Position numbers and translations under genes: made by a program | The notes under the pieces: generated by a model | What the model was told of the DNA's origin: nothing | Seen by the model: only the letters and a program-made list of their open reading frames with translations | The model's database searches: none | Shown: in pieces, positions 39,814 through 48,887 of the stretch | Layout: each line of letters opens with the position of its first letter | How positions within the stretch are numbered: position 1 is the stretch's first letter | NCBI GenBank assembly: GCA_016186635.1 | Contig: JACPLI010000021.1 | Span: forward strand, 1-59,639 | From: Candidatus Liptonbacteria bacterium | GTDB taxonomy: Bacteria > Patescibacteriota > Minisyncoccia > UBA6257 > 2-01-FULL-56-20 | Reading direction: 5' to 3' | DNA: 59,639 bases

Positions 39814-42798
39814 TTACTCTCTCCATGGTTTTACCATCAGCATTTCCTCCGGTTTCAGCTTTTTATAAATCGCTTCCGTGACGAACGGCATGAAGGGATG
39901 GAGCATGGTGAGGGAGTTGGCAAGGATGTTTTCGAGGGTGTATGATGCGGCCGCCTGCCGCTCGAGCGTGCGCTTGGTTTGCTTCCGCTTTTCCCCTTCT
40001 TTCGGCCAGCGGTCCTTATAGTGCTCGACTACTTTGTCTGCGAACGTGTGCCAGATGTAGTGGTACGCTTTCTCTGCCGCCAAGTGGAATTCGAATCTCT
40101 CGATATGCCGCCCCACCTCGGTCTTTATTTTCTTTGTCTCCACGAGGAATTTCTTATCGGTGGCGGTCAGTTTCGGTGTGTAATTGGTAATTGGTGATTG
40201 GTAATTGGTACTTCCCGTTTTGTGCATGAGCACAAAACGGGCGATATTCCACACCTTTGTCGCAAAGTTTCGATAACCACGAATCTTATCTTCGGAGACG
40301 ATGGTGTCGTTCCCCGCGGTGTTCCCGGCAACAAGCGCCATGCGCACGGCGTCGGTGCCGTATTCTTCCGCGACGCCTAAGGGGTCAATGACGTTGTCTT
40401 TGGACTTCGACATTTTCTGCCGGTCTTTGTCGCGCACAAGACCGTGGAGATACACGTTACGGAAAGGAATTTCACCAGTGCGGTAAAGCCCAAACATCAC
40501 CATCCGCGCCACCCAGAAGAAAAGAATATCACCCGCGGTTTCCAGCACATCGGTGGGATAGAAGGTTTGAAAATCGTTCGACGATCGGGGTGGGATGTTC
40601 GAACCTCGAACTTCCAGCTTCGAACTTCCACGCTTCTCGCGTCCCGCGAGAAGCGTCGCATACGGCCACTGCCCCGACGAGAACCACGTATCGAAGACGT
40701 CCGGGTCCTGCTCATAGAGGTCGTTCTTGCATTTCGGGCACGGGTCTAAAATATCAAACTCGGTAAAGCCGGCTTTCTCGGTTTGATGCGCAATCATTTG
40801 TTTCATATCCCAATTTTTCGTGCGCTTCAAAATTGCGTGGATGGTCTCGATGTGCGTCACGACAGCGACGTTTTTGTGGCGATACAGAGCGTGGTGCTGG
40901 CGGAACGCGTTCCAGACCCGCTCCTCAAAATCTTTGAAGCTTTCTCCGCCCGGTGGCGCATCTTCGTATGATTGGAAAATGTCGCCATAGAGCCGGCGCC
41001 GCTCGCGGTGGTGCATGCCTTGCGCGATGCCGATGTGCCGCCCGCGGAGACCTTTCGAGACGATAAGTTCAGCGCCCGTCGCGCGCGCGACGATTTCTGC
41101 GGTCTCGCGTGCCCGGCTTAAGTCCGAGGTGAGTATGATGCCGATGTGCCGCTCCTTGAGGCGCGCGGCGAGGCTTTCTGCATAAGCCCGCCCCTCATTG
41201 TTGAGCGGCGGGTCGGCATGCCCGTGCGCTCGCTCTTCCTTGTTCCACTCTGTCTCGCCGTGGCGCACGAGGAGCCATTTCGTCCCGTTAGAAGTCGCCG
41301 CGCCGCGGTCCCCCGGACTTGTCCCGTCGGCGGCGGGATAAGCGCGACTTCTAACGGGATTCGCGGTCAGGGGATTCATCACTCTTACTTCACCGCAACT
41401 CGCGCAGAACCACGCCGGGATACGGATGCCCCAGACGATTTGCCGCGAGATGTTCCAGTCGCGGAGGTTCCTAAGCCAGTGGAGGAAGACCTTCTTCGCA
41501 TGCTCCGGGTAGAACTTGATTTTCCGCTCCTTTACCGCGCGAACCGCCATTTCCGCAAGTGATTGACTAGCTCTTTGCTTTTTCTTGCCCGCCATAGCTT
41601 GAGCGGCGGCGGGACTCTTTGCTATTTGCTTATTCATTCTCACGAACCATTGGCTTTTGATTTGCGGCTCGATGAGCGTGCCGCACTTGTAGCAGGCGCG
41701 GACGACGTGCCGGTACGCCTCATCAACCTTGTCCACGAGTCCCTTGCTTTGAAGCTTCTCCACGATTTTCGGCCGCGCTTCCGTGATTTTCATTCCCTCG
41801 AATTCGCCCGCGATGGAAAGAAGCCGCCCTCGCTCATCGATGATTTGCTCCTTGTCGAGGTTGCGGCGTTTCGCGAGCTCGAAGTCCACGGGGTCGTGCC
41901 ACGGCGTAATCGTCATCACGCCGCTCCCGAAATCCTTGTCCACCGCCTTGTCTTTGAGGATAGTCGCGGTGAGGGGGCCGTTTATCCACTCCAAATGAAA
42001 CTGCTCGCCGTCCTTGTATTCTTTGTAGCGGGCGTCGTCGGGGTGCATGACGACATACTTGTCGCCGAACTTCGTTTCGGGGCGCGCGGTGCCAATCGTG
42101 AATGGTCCGTAGCGGAGGTAGTAGAAGGGGTCCGCGCGCTCCTCATCCTTGATTTCGAGGTCGGAGAGGGAGGTTTGATGTTTCGGGCACCAGTTCACGA
42201 GTCCCGCATCCCGCTCGATGAGCCCGTCCTTGTAGAGCCGCCCGAACGTGTCGTAGACGATTCTCACAATATCGGGGTCAAGCGTGAACTTCTCGCGGCT
42301 CCAGTCGCATGAAGCGCCAAGCTTGCGGAGCTGTTGCTCCATCAGTTTTTTGTTCGCCTGCGTGAAGTTCCAGATTTCGCGATAGAGTTCCTCGCGGTTC
42401 ATAGAGAACCAACTCCGCCCTTCTTTCTCGAGTTTTTTGTTGAAGACGACCTGCGTCTCGAATCCCGCATGGTCCGCGCCCGGGAGCCACAGGGTTTTAT
42501 TGCCCTTCATGCGGTGATAGCGCGCCATGATGTCTTGGAGCGTGACGAAGACCGCGTGCCCCAAGTGGAGCGAGCCGTTCGCGTTCGGGGGAGGCATGAT
42601 GATGGAGAAGGGGCGAGTTTCGAGTGGCGAGTTTCGAGTGGCGAGTTTCGAGCGACGCAAAGATTTCTTCTTACTCACCACTCGCCCCTCATCACTCACC
42701 ACTCTATCGGGGTTGAAATACCCCGACTCCTCCCATTTTTTATAAATGGAGTGCTCAATCGCCTTATGGTCGTAGCGGGAGTCGAGTTCGTGGGGCAT
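39814..42798 (-). CDS. valS: valyl-tRNA synthetase with an embedded histidine-phosphatase domain
   Basis: PPPNANGSLHLGH (HIGH), KMSKS, WNISRQIVWGIRIPAW, DVFDTWFSSG. 994 aa with several repeat-encoded inserts. Confidence 0.95.
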   Translation of the reverse strand: MPHELDSRYDHKAIEHSIYKKWEESGYFNPDRVVSDEGRVVSKKKSLRRSKLATRNSPLETRPFSIIMPPPNANGSLHLGHAVFVTLQDIMARYHRMKGNKTLWLPGADHAGFETQVVFNKKLEKEGRSWFSMNREELYREIWNFTQANKKLMEQQLRKLGASCDWSREKFTLDPDIVRIVYDTFGRLYKDGLIERDAGLVNWCPKHQTSLSDLEIKDEERADPFYYLRYGPFTIGTARPETKFGDKYVVMHPDDARYKEYKDGEQFHLEWINGPLTATILKDKAVDKDFGSGVMTITPWHDPVDFELAKRRNLDKEQIIDERGRLLSIAGEFEGMKITEARPKIVEKLQSKGLVDKVDEAYRHVVRACYKCGTLIEPQIKSQWFVRMNKQIAKSPAAAQAMAGKKKQRASQSLAEMAVRAVKERKIKFYPEHAKKVFLHWLRNLRDWNISRQIVWGIRIPAWFCASCGEVRVMNPLTANPVRSRAYPAADGTSPGDRGAATSNGTKWLLVRHGETEWNKEERAHGHADPPLNNEGRAYAESLAARLKERHIGIILTSDLSRARETAEIVARATGAELIVSKGLRGRHIGIAQGMHHRERRRLYGDIFQSYEDAPPGGESFKDFEERVWNAFRQHHALYRHKNVAVVTHIETIHAILKRTKNWDMKQMIAHQTEKAGFTEFDILDPCPKCKNDLYEQDPDVFDTWFSSGQWPYATLLAGREKRGSSKLEVRGSNIPPRSSNDFQTFYPTDVLETAGDILFFWVARMVMFGLYRTGEIPFRNVYLHGLVRDKDRQKMSKSKDNVIDPLGVAEEYGTDAVRMALVAGNTAGNDTIVSEDKIRGYRNFATKVWNIARFVLMHKTGSTNYQSPITNYTPKLTATDKKFLVETKKIKTEVGRHIERFEFHLAAEKAYHYIWHTFADKVVEHYKDRWPKEGEKRKQTKRTLERQAAASYTLENILANSLTMLHPFMPFVTEAIYKKLKPEEMLMVKPWRE
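40741..41376 (-). other. in-frame histidine phosphatase (PGAM/SixA superfamily) domain insert, ValRS residues ~475-686
   Basis: WLLVRHGETEWN, SDLSRARETAEIV, VAVVTHIETIHAIL. Lies between CASCGEVRVM and CPKCKND. Confidence 0.75.
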
Positions 42799-43062
42799 AT
42801 AACGTCAATTTTACCATAGTGAAGAGATGCGTAGCGCACATACACTCCGCCACTTTTGAAAATTTTGATAAGTTTCGCGAGAAGTGTTATCTTGTGTGCA
42901 ATTGAGCTTAGGGATTTTGGGAAGCTCAAGGCGGCAGCTCGTTAACAAATTGAACAGCTGTTTTGCCAAAACCAAACTTTATTGCGAAGACGCTCTTCAC
43001 ACCGTGTGGTGTGGAGGAGTATCAAGGATGTTTTTGCGATAAAGAAGTAAGAGGTAATACTA

Positions 43063-43661
43063 TGAGAGTATATCTGGTGAATCCATGGGGAGCGTGGGGT
43101 GCGCTGCCCACCATCCTAAAAGAAGAAGGGCGTTTCGCCTTCCGTCATGGAAACGGGAATCGTTCCCGCTCCTGGGAGTACTGTCTGCGGTTAAGCAAGC
43201 GGGACTTCCCGATGGGGCAAGAACACAATTGGGGGAATACTCATTTCGTCCTGTTGCCAGACAGTGCCGGGCAGAAGGATGAGTTGGGGAATCCGTTCTA
43301 TTTCTTGAAGAAGGGCGAACCCTCACAAGAATGCCTCGTGTTTCTCGACATGCAACCGTGCAAGGAGGGGCTGGGGATTCTTCATGCGAGGAATGAGGGG
43401 GTGCGCGTCTTGGGTTATGGGCTCGAAATACGGAATGGCGGCAAGGGATCGAGGAAAACCCACGAAGTTGAGTACCCGGTGCTTATCTGCGCTCCCGGGG
43501 CGGAGTTTTCTTGGGAGCGGAGCGGACGGAAATACTTCGGCAAAGAACGGAGCTACAAAGCGCAATGGGACGGGACACGTCTCTCCGTGAGAGCAGAAAT
43601 TCCGCTTCTGCCTCGCTATGCAGAGGAACACCTCGCAACCAGGGGATGGTTGCGAATCTGA
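43063..43661 (+). CDS. hypothetical protein (199 aa), orphan
   Basis: ATG preceded by aagaggtaatact, one of the few clear SD-like sites in this window. No motif recognised. Confidence 0.5.
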
Positions 43662-43703
43662 AGGGGGAGGGCAAAACAACTCAATATTAAGTTTTCGAAA
43701 TTG

Positions 43704-43742
43704 AAGCGGCTTGGACCATGTCCGAGCCGCTTTGATTTTTTT
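43704..43742 (+). terminator. intrinsic terminator
   Basis: 12-bp stem aagcggcttgga/tccgagccgctt followed by tgattttttt. Confidence 0.7.
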
Positions 43743-43753
43743 CTGCGTTCACT

Positions 43754-43793
43754 TTTCCTACTTATAAAAGCCATGGCTTTTATAAGTAGGAAA
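43754..43793. promoter_or_regulatory. perfect 40-nt palindrome tttcctacttataaaagcc|atggcttttataagtaggaaa
   Basis: All 20 pairs checked by hand. Immediately followed by TGgTAAAAT (extended -10) upstream of the gene at 43838. Confidence 0.6.
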
Positions 43794-43837
43794 TTGTGGT
43801 AAAATAAAATAAAGATGAGCAAACTAAGAGGAGATAT

Positions 43838-44392
43838 ATGCCGAAGGGTCTTGGAAAAACTCAAAAAAGAATTTTACTCCTTCTTCAAGGAGGGATAGGA
43901 CTGGTGTTCGCGGGAACGCCTGGCCGGCAAATGCGACTGCTCAAGGAGATGGATAAAGAGTGGAAAAAGATTGAACGCGAAGCGCTTTCCCGCTCTATCC
44001 GTTCGCTGTACCGGAGCCAGCTGATTCAGTTTCAGGAGCGGGGCGGCGGGAGAGTTGAGATGGAACTTACAAAAGAGGGTAAGAAGAAAACGCTGGATTT
44101 CGATATCGATAATCTCTCGGTGAAAAAGCAGCCGCGGTGGGATGGAAAGTGGAGAATTGTGTCATTCGATATTCCAAAAGATGAGAAGAAAGCGAGAGAA
44201 GCGTTTCGCGCGCATTTGCGCCGCATGGGATTCTCTATGCTCCACAAGAGCGTGTTTGTGATTCCATATCCTTGTGGAGATGAGATTGATTTCCTCATCG
44301 AGTGTTTTGAGTTAAGGCAGTATGTGCGGCAAATTCTCGCGCAGGATATAGATAACGCACTGCATCTCAAGCAGCATTTCCAGCTACTATAA
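43838..44392 (+). CDS. PaaX-like regulator (wHTH plus Cas2/VapD-like C-terminal domain)
   Basis: KTQKRILLLLQ.. wHTH. WDGKWRIVSFDIPKDEKKAREAFRAHLRRMGFSMLHKSVFV resembles the Cas2-type ferredoxin fold motif. Strong SD (aagaggag). Confidence 0.6.
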   Translation: MPKGLGKTQKRILLLLQGGIGLVFAGTPGRQMRLLKEMDKEWKKIEREALSRSIRSLYRSQLIQFQERGGGRVEMELTKEGKKKTLDFDIDNLSVKKQPRWDGKWRIVSFDIPKDEKKAREAFRAHLRRMGFSMLHKSVFVIPYPCGDEIDFLIECFELRQYVRQILAQDIDNALHLKQHFQLL

Positions 44393-44399
44393 GGGAAGG

Positions 44400-44445
44400 A
44401 TATTTCCTACTTATATCCGCCATGGCGGATATAAGTAGGAAATAT
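44400..44445. promoter_or_regulatory. perfect 46-nt palindrome aatatttcctacttatatccgcc|atggcggatataagtaggaaatatt
   Basis: All 23 pairs checked by hand. Shares the outer arm tttcctacttata and the ccatgg centre with 43754-43793. Confidence 0.6.
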
Positions 44446-44489
44446 TAAGGAGTTAAGGAGTTTACAGGAGTTAAGGAGTTTAAGAGAGT

Positions 44490-45647
44490 TTAAAGAGAGA
44501 GACATCCGTCTGCTTTAAGTTTAAGTCCCCCTTTTTTAAGTTCCCTTTTATGGAGGAACGCCATATACCCCGCGGCGGCAATCATCGCGGCGTTGTCGGT
44601 GCGGTACTCCGCCTCCGGCGCGATAAACGTACCGCCGATTTTTTTCGCTTCGCGCCGGAGCGTGGCGCGAAGCGCTTTGTTTGCGGCGACGCCGCCGGAG
44701 AGTATCACCGATTTCGCGCTATATTCCCGCGCGGCGCGGATGGTCTTTTGAACGAGCACGTCGAGCGCAGCTTGCTGAAAACTTGCAGCGGTATCCGCCA
44801 ACACCCCTCCTTTCCCTCCCCTCATGTGAGGGGAGGAGCGGTGGGGTGGTCTGCACGAGTCCCGCAGATAGTACAAAACGCTTGTCTTTAATCCCGAAAA
44901 ACTGAAGTCATAATTCTTCTGGGTTGCCATCGGGCGGGGGAAGGCTACCGCATCGGGATTCCCTTTACGCGCGAGTCTCTCAATCTCGGGTCCGCCGGGG
45001 TAGGGGAGTTCTAAAAGCCGCGCCACTTTGTCGAACGCTTCTCCCACCGCATCATCCCGCGTTTCGCCGAGTTTTTTCCATTCGCGGAGATTTTTCATGT
45101 GGACGAGGATGGTGTGTCCTCCACTGACGAGAAGCTGGATGGCAGGAAAAAGTTTGGTAATTGGTAATTGGTAATTGGTAATTTCAGTTTTCTTTTGCGG
45201 AGGCAAAAGAAAACTGTAGAGGTGCCCCTCGAGATGATTGGCGCCGACAAGTGGTTTCTTGAGGTCCTTCGCGAGCGCCTTTGCAAATTCAATTCCGGTC
45301 CAAAGCGCGGGTTCGAGTCCGGGACCGACGGTGACCGCAATCATGTCTATTTTTGGAATTTTTGATTTGGACTTTTGAGTTCGTTTGGAAATTGGAAATT
45401 GGAAATTGGAAATTCCAAGAATCTTCCGCAGGAGTATCGGAAGATTCTTGGTGTGCTCCCTCTTTGCGAGATTCGGCACCACGCCGCCGAAGGGCGCGTG
45501 GGTTTTAATCTGCGAGGAGACGAGGTTCTTGAGCACACGGAAACGCGGTAACGACCCTTCGACAAGCTCAGGGTGGTTTCCGTGTTCTACGGAAACCAGC
45601 GCGAGCGAGGTGTCGTCGCAGCTGGTCTCTATTCCTAGTATAAGCAT
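44490..45647 (-). CDS. tsaD: tRNA N6-adenosine threonylcarbamoyltransferase
   Basis: MLILGIETSCDDTS, GANHLEGHL, LLVSGGHT, GGVAAN. Four repeat-encoded inserts. Confidence 0.9.
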   Translation of the reverse strand: MLILGIETSCDDTSLALVSVEHGNHPELVEGSLPRFRVLKNLVSSQIKTHAPFGGVVPNLAKREHTKNLPILLRKILGISNFQFPISKRTQKSKSKIPKIDMIAVTVGPGLEPALWTGIEFAKALAKDLKKPLVGANHLEGHLYSFLLPPQKKTEITNYQLPITKLFPAIQLLVSGGHTILVHMKNLREWKKLGETRDDAVGEAFDKVARLLELPYPGGPEIERLARKGNPDAVAFPRPMATQKNYDFSFSGLKTSVLYYLRDSCRPPHRSSPHMRGGKGGVLADTAASFQQAALDVLVQKTIRAAREYSAKSVILSGGVAANKALRATLRREAKKIGGTFIAPEAEYRTDNAAMIAAAGYMAFLHKRELKKGGLKLKADGCLSL

Positions 45648-45792
45648 GTGTGCTGGTAAAAACTTGGCAGATGCAATGGCAAGAATTTAGCACTTCTCGC
45701 CCCGTGGTCCCGCTTAAGCGGGACTTTACGGGGTTTCGATGCCTAAGATAAGCATGAGAGTATTCGCAAATAACGCTAATTAAGGTTGATTC

Positions 45793-45822
45793 TCCGCCCG
45801 AGGCGGATCCGCCTTTGGCGGA
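45793..45822. repeat. intergenic copy (reverse orientation) of the serS 30-nt double hairpin
   Basis: tccgcccgaggcggatccgcctttggcgga is the reverse complement of 3022-3051. Confidence 0.9.
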
Positions 45823-45923
45823 AATAACGCGAATCCCACTTGTGGTGAGTGCATCGAACCATTCGCGTTACCTGCCTGCCGGCAGGCAGGTTTGCCCCTC
45901 ATTTGCGATATTAGCGATTACTC
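45822..45923. repeat. 101-nt spacer element, copy D (inverted relative to C)
   Basis: See 39688-39788. Contains cctgcctgccggcaggcagg (45871-45890) and supplies the atpC stop codon. Confidence 0.9.
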
Positions 45924-46169
45924 CCGTGGCTCGTCCGCCAATATCCTCGCCGTGTTTTCCGCAGTGACCTCGAGGAACCCCTTTCCCGTCGGGATAAAAT
46001 GGTCTTTGCCACCTGCGTCCTTAATTGTGAGTGTGCCGGGTTTCAAGGTCGCAATGAGCGGCTCATGCCGGTCGAGGATAGTCACCTCGCCGCCTTCGGT
46101 CGTGCAATTCACCGATGTGGCATCGCCCTCGAAGAGAATATTTTTTAGAGAATAGACGCTAAGTTTCAT
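45918..46169 (-). CDS. atpC: ATP synthase epsilon subunit, beta-sandwich domain only (83 aa)
   Basis: MKLSVYSLKNILFEGDATSV..GEVTILDRHEPLIATL. Start trimmed out of repeat sequence. Confidence 0.8.
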   Translation of the reverse strand: MKLSVYSLKNILFEGDATSVNCTTEGGEVTILDRHEPLIATLKPGTLTIKDAGGKDHFIPTGKGFLEVTAENTARILADEPRE

Positions 46170-46224
46170 AGGAGTATTCGCGAATAATGCGAATTTTGAT
46201 TTCAATAATGCGAATACATTCGCA

Positions 46225-47809
<1,585 letters not shown>

Positions 47810-47812
47810 TAT

Positions 47813-48781
47813 TTATTGGCGCAATGCCTCGGCGCCCGCGGTGATTTCCGTAATCTCCTTCGTAATCGCCGCCTGACGCAACTTGTTATACGTGAGGGTG
47901 AGCGTTTCCACAAGCTCTCCCGCGTTTTCGGATGCATTCTTCATCGCCATGCGCCGCGCGGCGTGCTCGGAGGCATTCGCTTCCATAAAGAGGTGGTAGA
48001 GCTCCATATGGAGGAGATGCGACGCAATCGCGTTGAGTACTTCTGCGGGCGACGGTTCGATGAGCGGGCTCGCGTGGCGTTTAGCGCTAAGCGCGTGGCG
48101 TTCGCTTCGCAGCTCTGCGAAGCGGCCATGTTCCGGCACAATCTCGTTGATGGTGCGGGTGAGAGACGCGGCGCTTATGGGGAGGAGTTCCCGCGCGAGC
48201 GTTTCCTGGGCGAGCGCGGTGCGGAAGTGCGTGGAAAAGGCGACGGCGCGGTCGATTTTCTTTTCCGCATAGAGCGCCTCAAGAAGCGCGGCAACGGGAC
48301 GCACTTCCTCGGGAGCGGTAAAGTCTCCGGTGCGGGTGAACGATTGAAGGAGTGTGTAGCCCTGCTTTTCAAGGTATGACTGCGCCTTTTTGCCGACGGC
48401 GATGAACACGAAACGGGATGCCCAATCTGGGGAAGTCCGACTTCCCGGGGAAGTCGGACTTCCGGGGAGCCCATTGAGGTGTTGTTCGAATTTCTTAATC
48501 ACGTTGCTGTTGAATGAGCCGGCGAGCCCTTTGTCGGAGGTAATGAGGAGGATGAGGGTATGCACCACGGGGCGCGCCGCGAGAAGCGGGGGAGTCTGGT
48601 CGCTTTTCTCGAGCGCCGCGAGCGTGCGGAGAAGGTCGAGCGCGCCATACGCGTAGGGCCGCGAGTGGAGCGCAATTTCCTGGCTCTTCCGCATCTTCGT
48701 CGCCGCCACAAGCTCCATCGCTTTCGTGATTTGCGAGATATTCTGGACTCCTTTAATGCGTTGTTTGACGAACTGAAACAT
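47813..48781 (-). CDS. atpG: ATP synthase gamma subunit
   Basis: IKGVQNISQITKAMELVAATKMRK, and C-terminal ITKEITEI..GAEAL. Confidence 0.9.
   Translation of the reverse strand: MFQFVKQRIKGVQNISQITKAMELVAATKMRKSQEIALHSRPYAYGALDLLRTLAALEKSDQTPPLLAARPVVHTLILLITSDKGLAGSFNSNVIKKFEQHLNGLPGSPTSPGSRTSPDWASRFVFIAVGKKAQSYLEKQGYTLLQSFTRTGDFTAPEEVRPVAALLEALYAEKKIDRAVAFSTHFRTALAQETLARELLPISAASLTRTINEIVPEHGRFAELRSERHALSAKRHASPLIEPSPAEVLNAIASHLLHMELYHLFMEANASEHAARRMAMKNASENAGELVETLTLTYNKLRQAAITKEITEITAGAEALRQ
48429..48467. repeat. gaagtccgacttc double palindrome, in frame in atpG
   Basis: ggggaagtccgacttcccggggaagtcggacttccgggg, translated as PGSPTSPGSRTSP. Relatives at 57683-57713 and 57867-57910. Confidence 0.85.
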
Positions 48782-48784
48782 GAT

Positions 48785-48887
48785 GAAAAATTTTTAATTA
48801 TCAATTCCCAATTTTCAATGAAGACATAATTTGCGAATTCTGAAATTGAGTCATTGATTGAAAATTGAACATTGAAAATTGTAAATT
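48785..48887. repeat. AT-rich spacer hairpin (caattttcaat family)
   Basis: ttatcaattcccaattttcaatgaag ... tcattgattgaaaattgaacattgaaaattg. Confidence 0.6.

Noticed and set aside
40741-41376. The valS insert as an intein or mobile intron
   Set aside because: There is no Cys/Ser/Thr at the upstream junction followed by block A, no terminal His-Asn plus nucleophile at the downstream junction, and no LAGLIDADG or HNH module. Instead the sequence shows histidine-phosphatase motifs and is continuous in frame.
45892-46155. 87-aa plus-strand ORF starting MPLICDISDYS, and the matching MPLIRDISDYS start listed for prsW (39687-39719)
   Set aside because: Both N-termini are translations of the two inverted copies of the 101-nt spacer repeat. 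The 45892 ORF is antisense to atpC.
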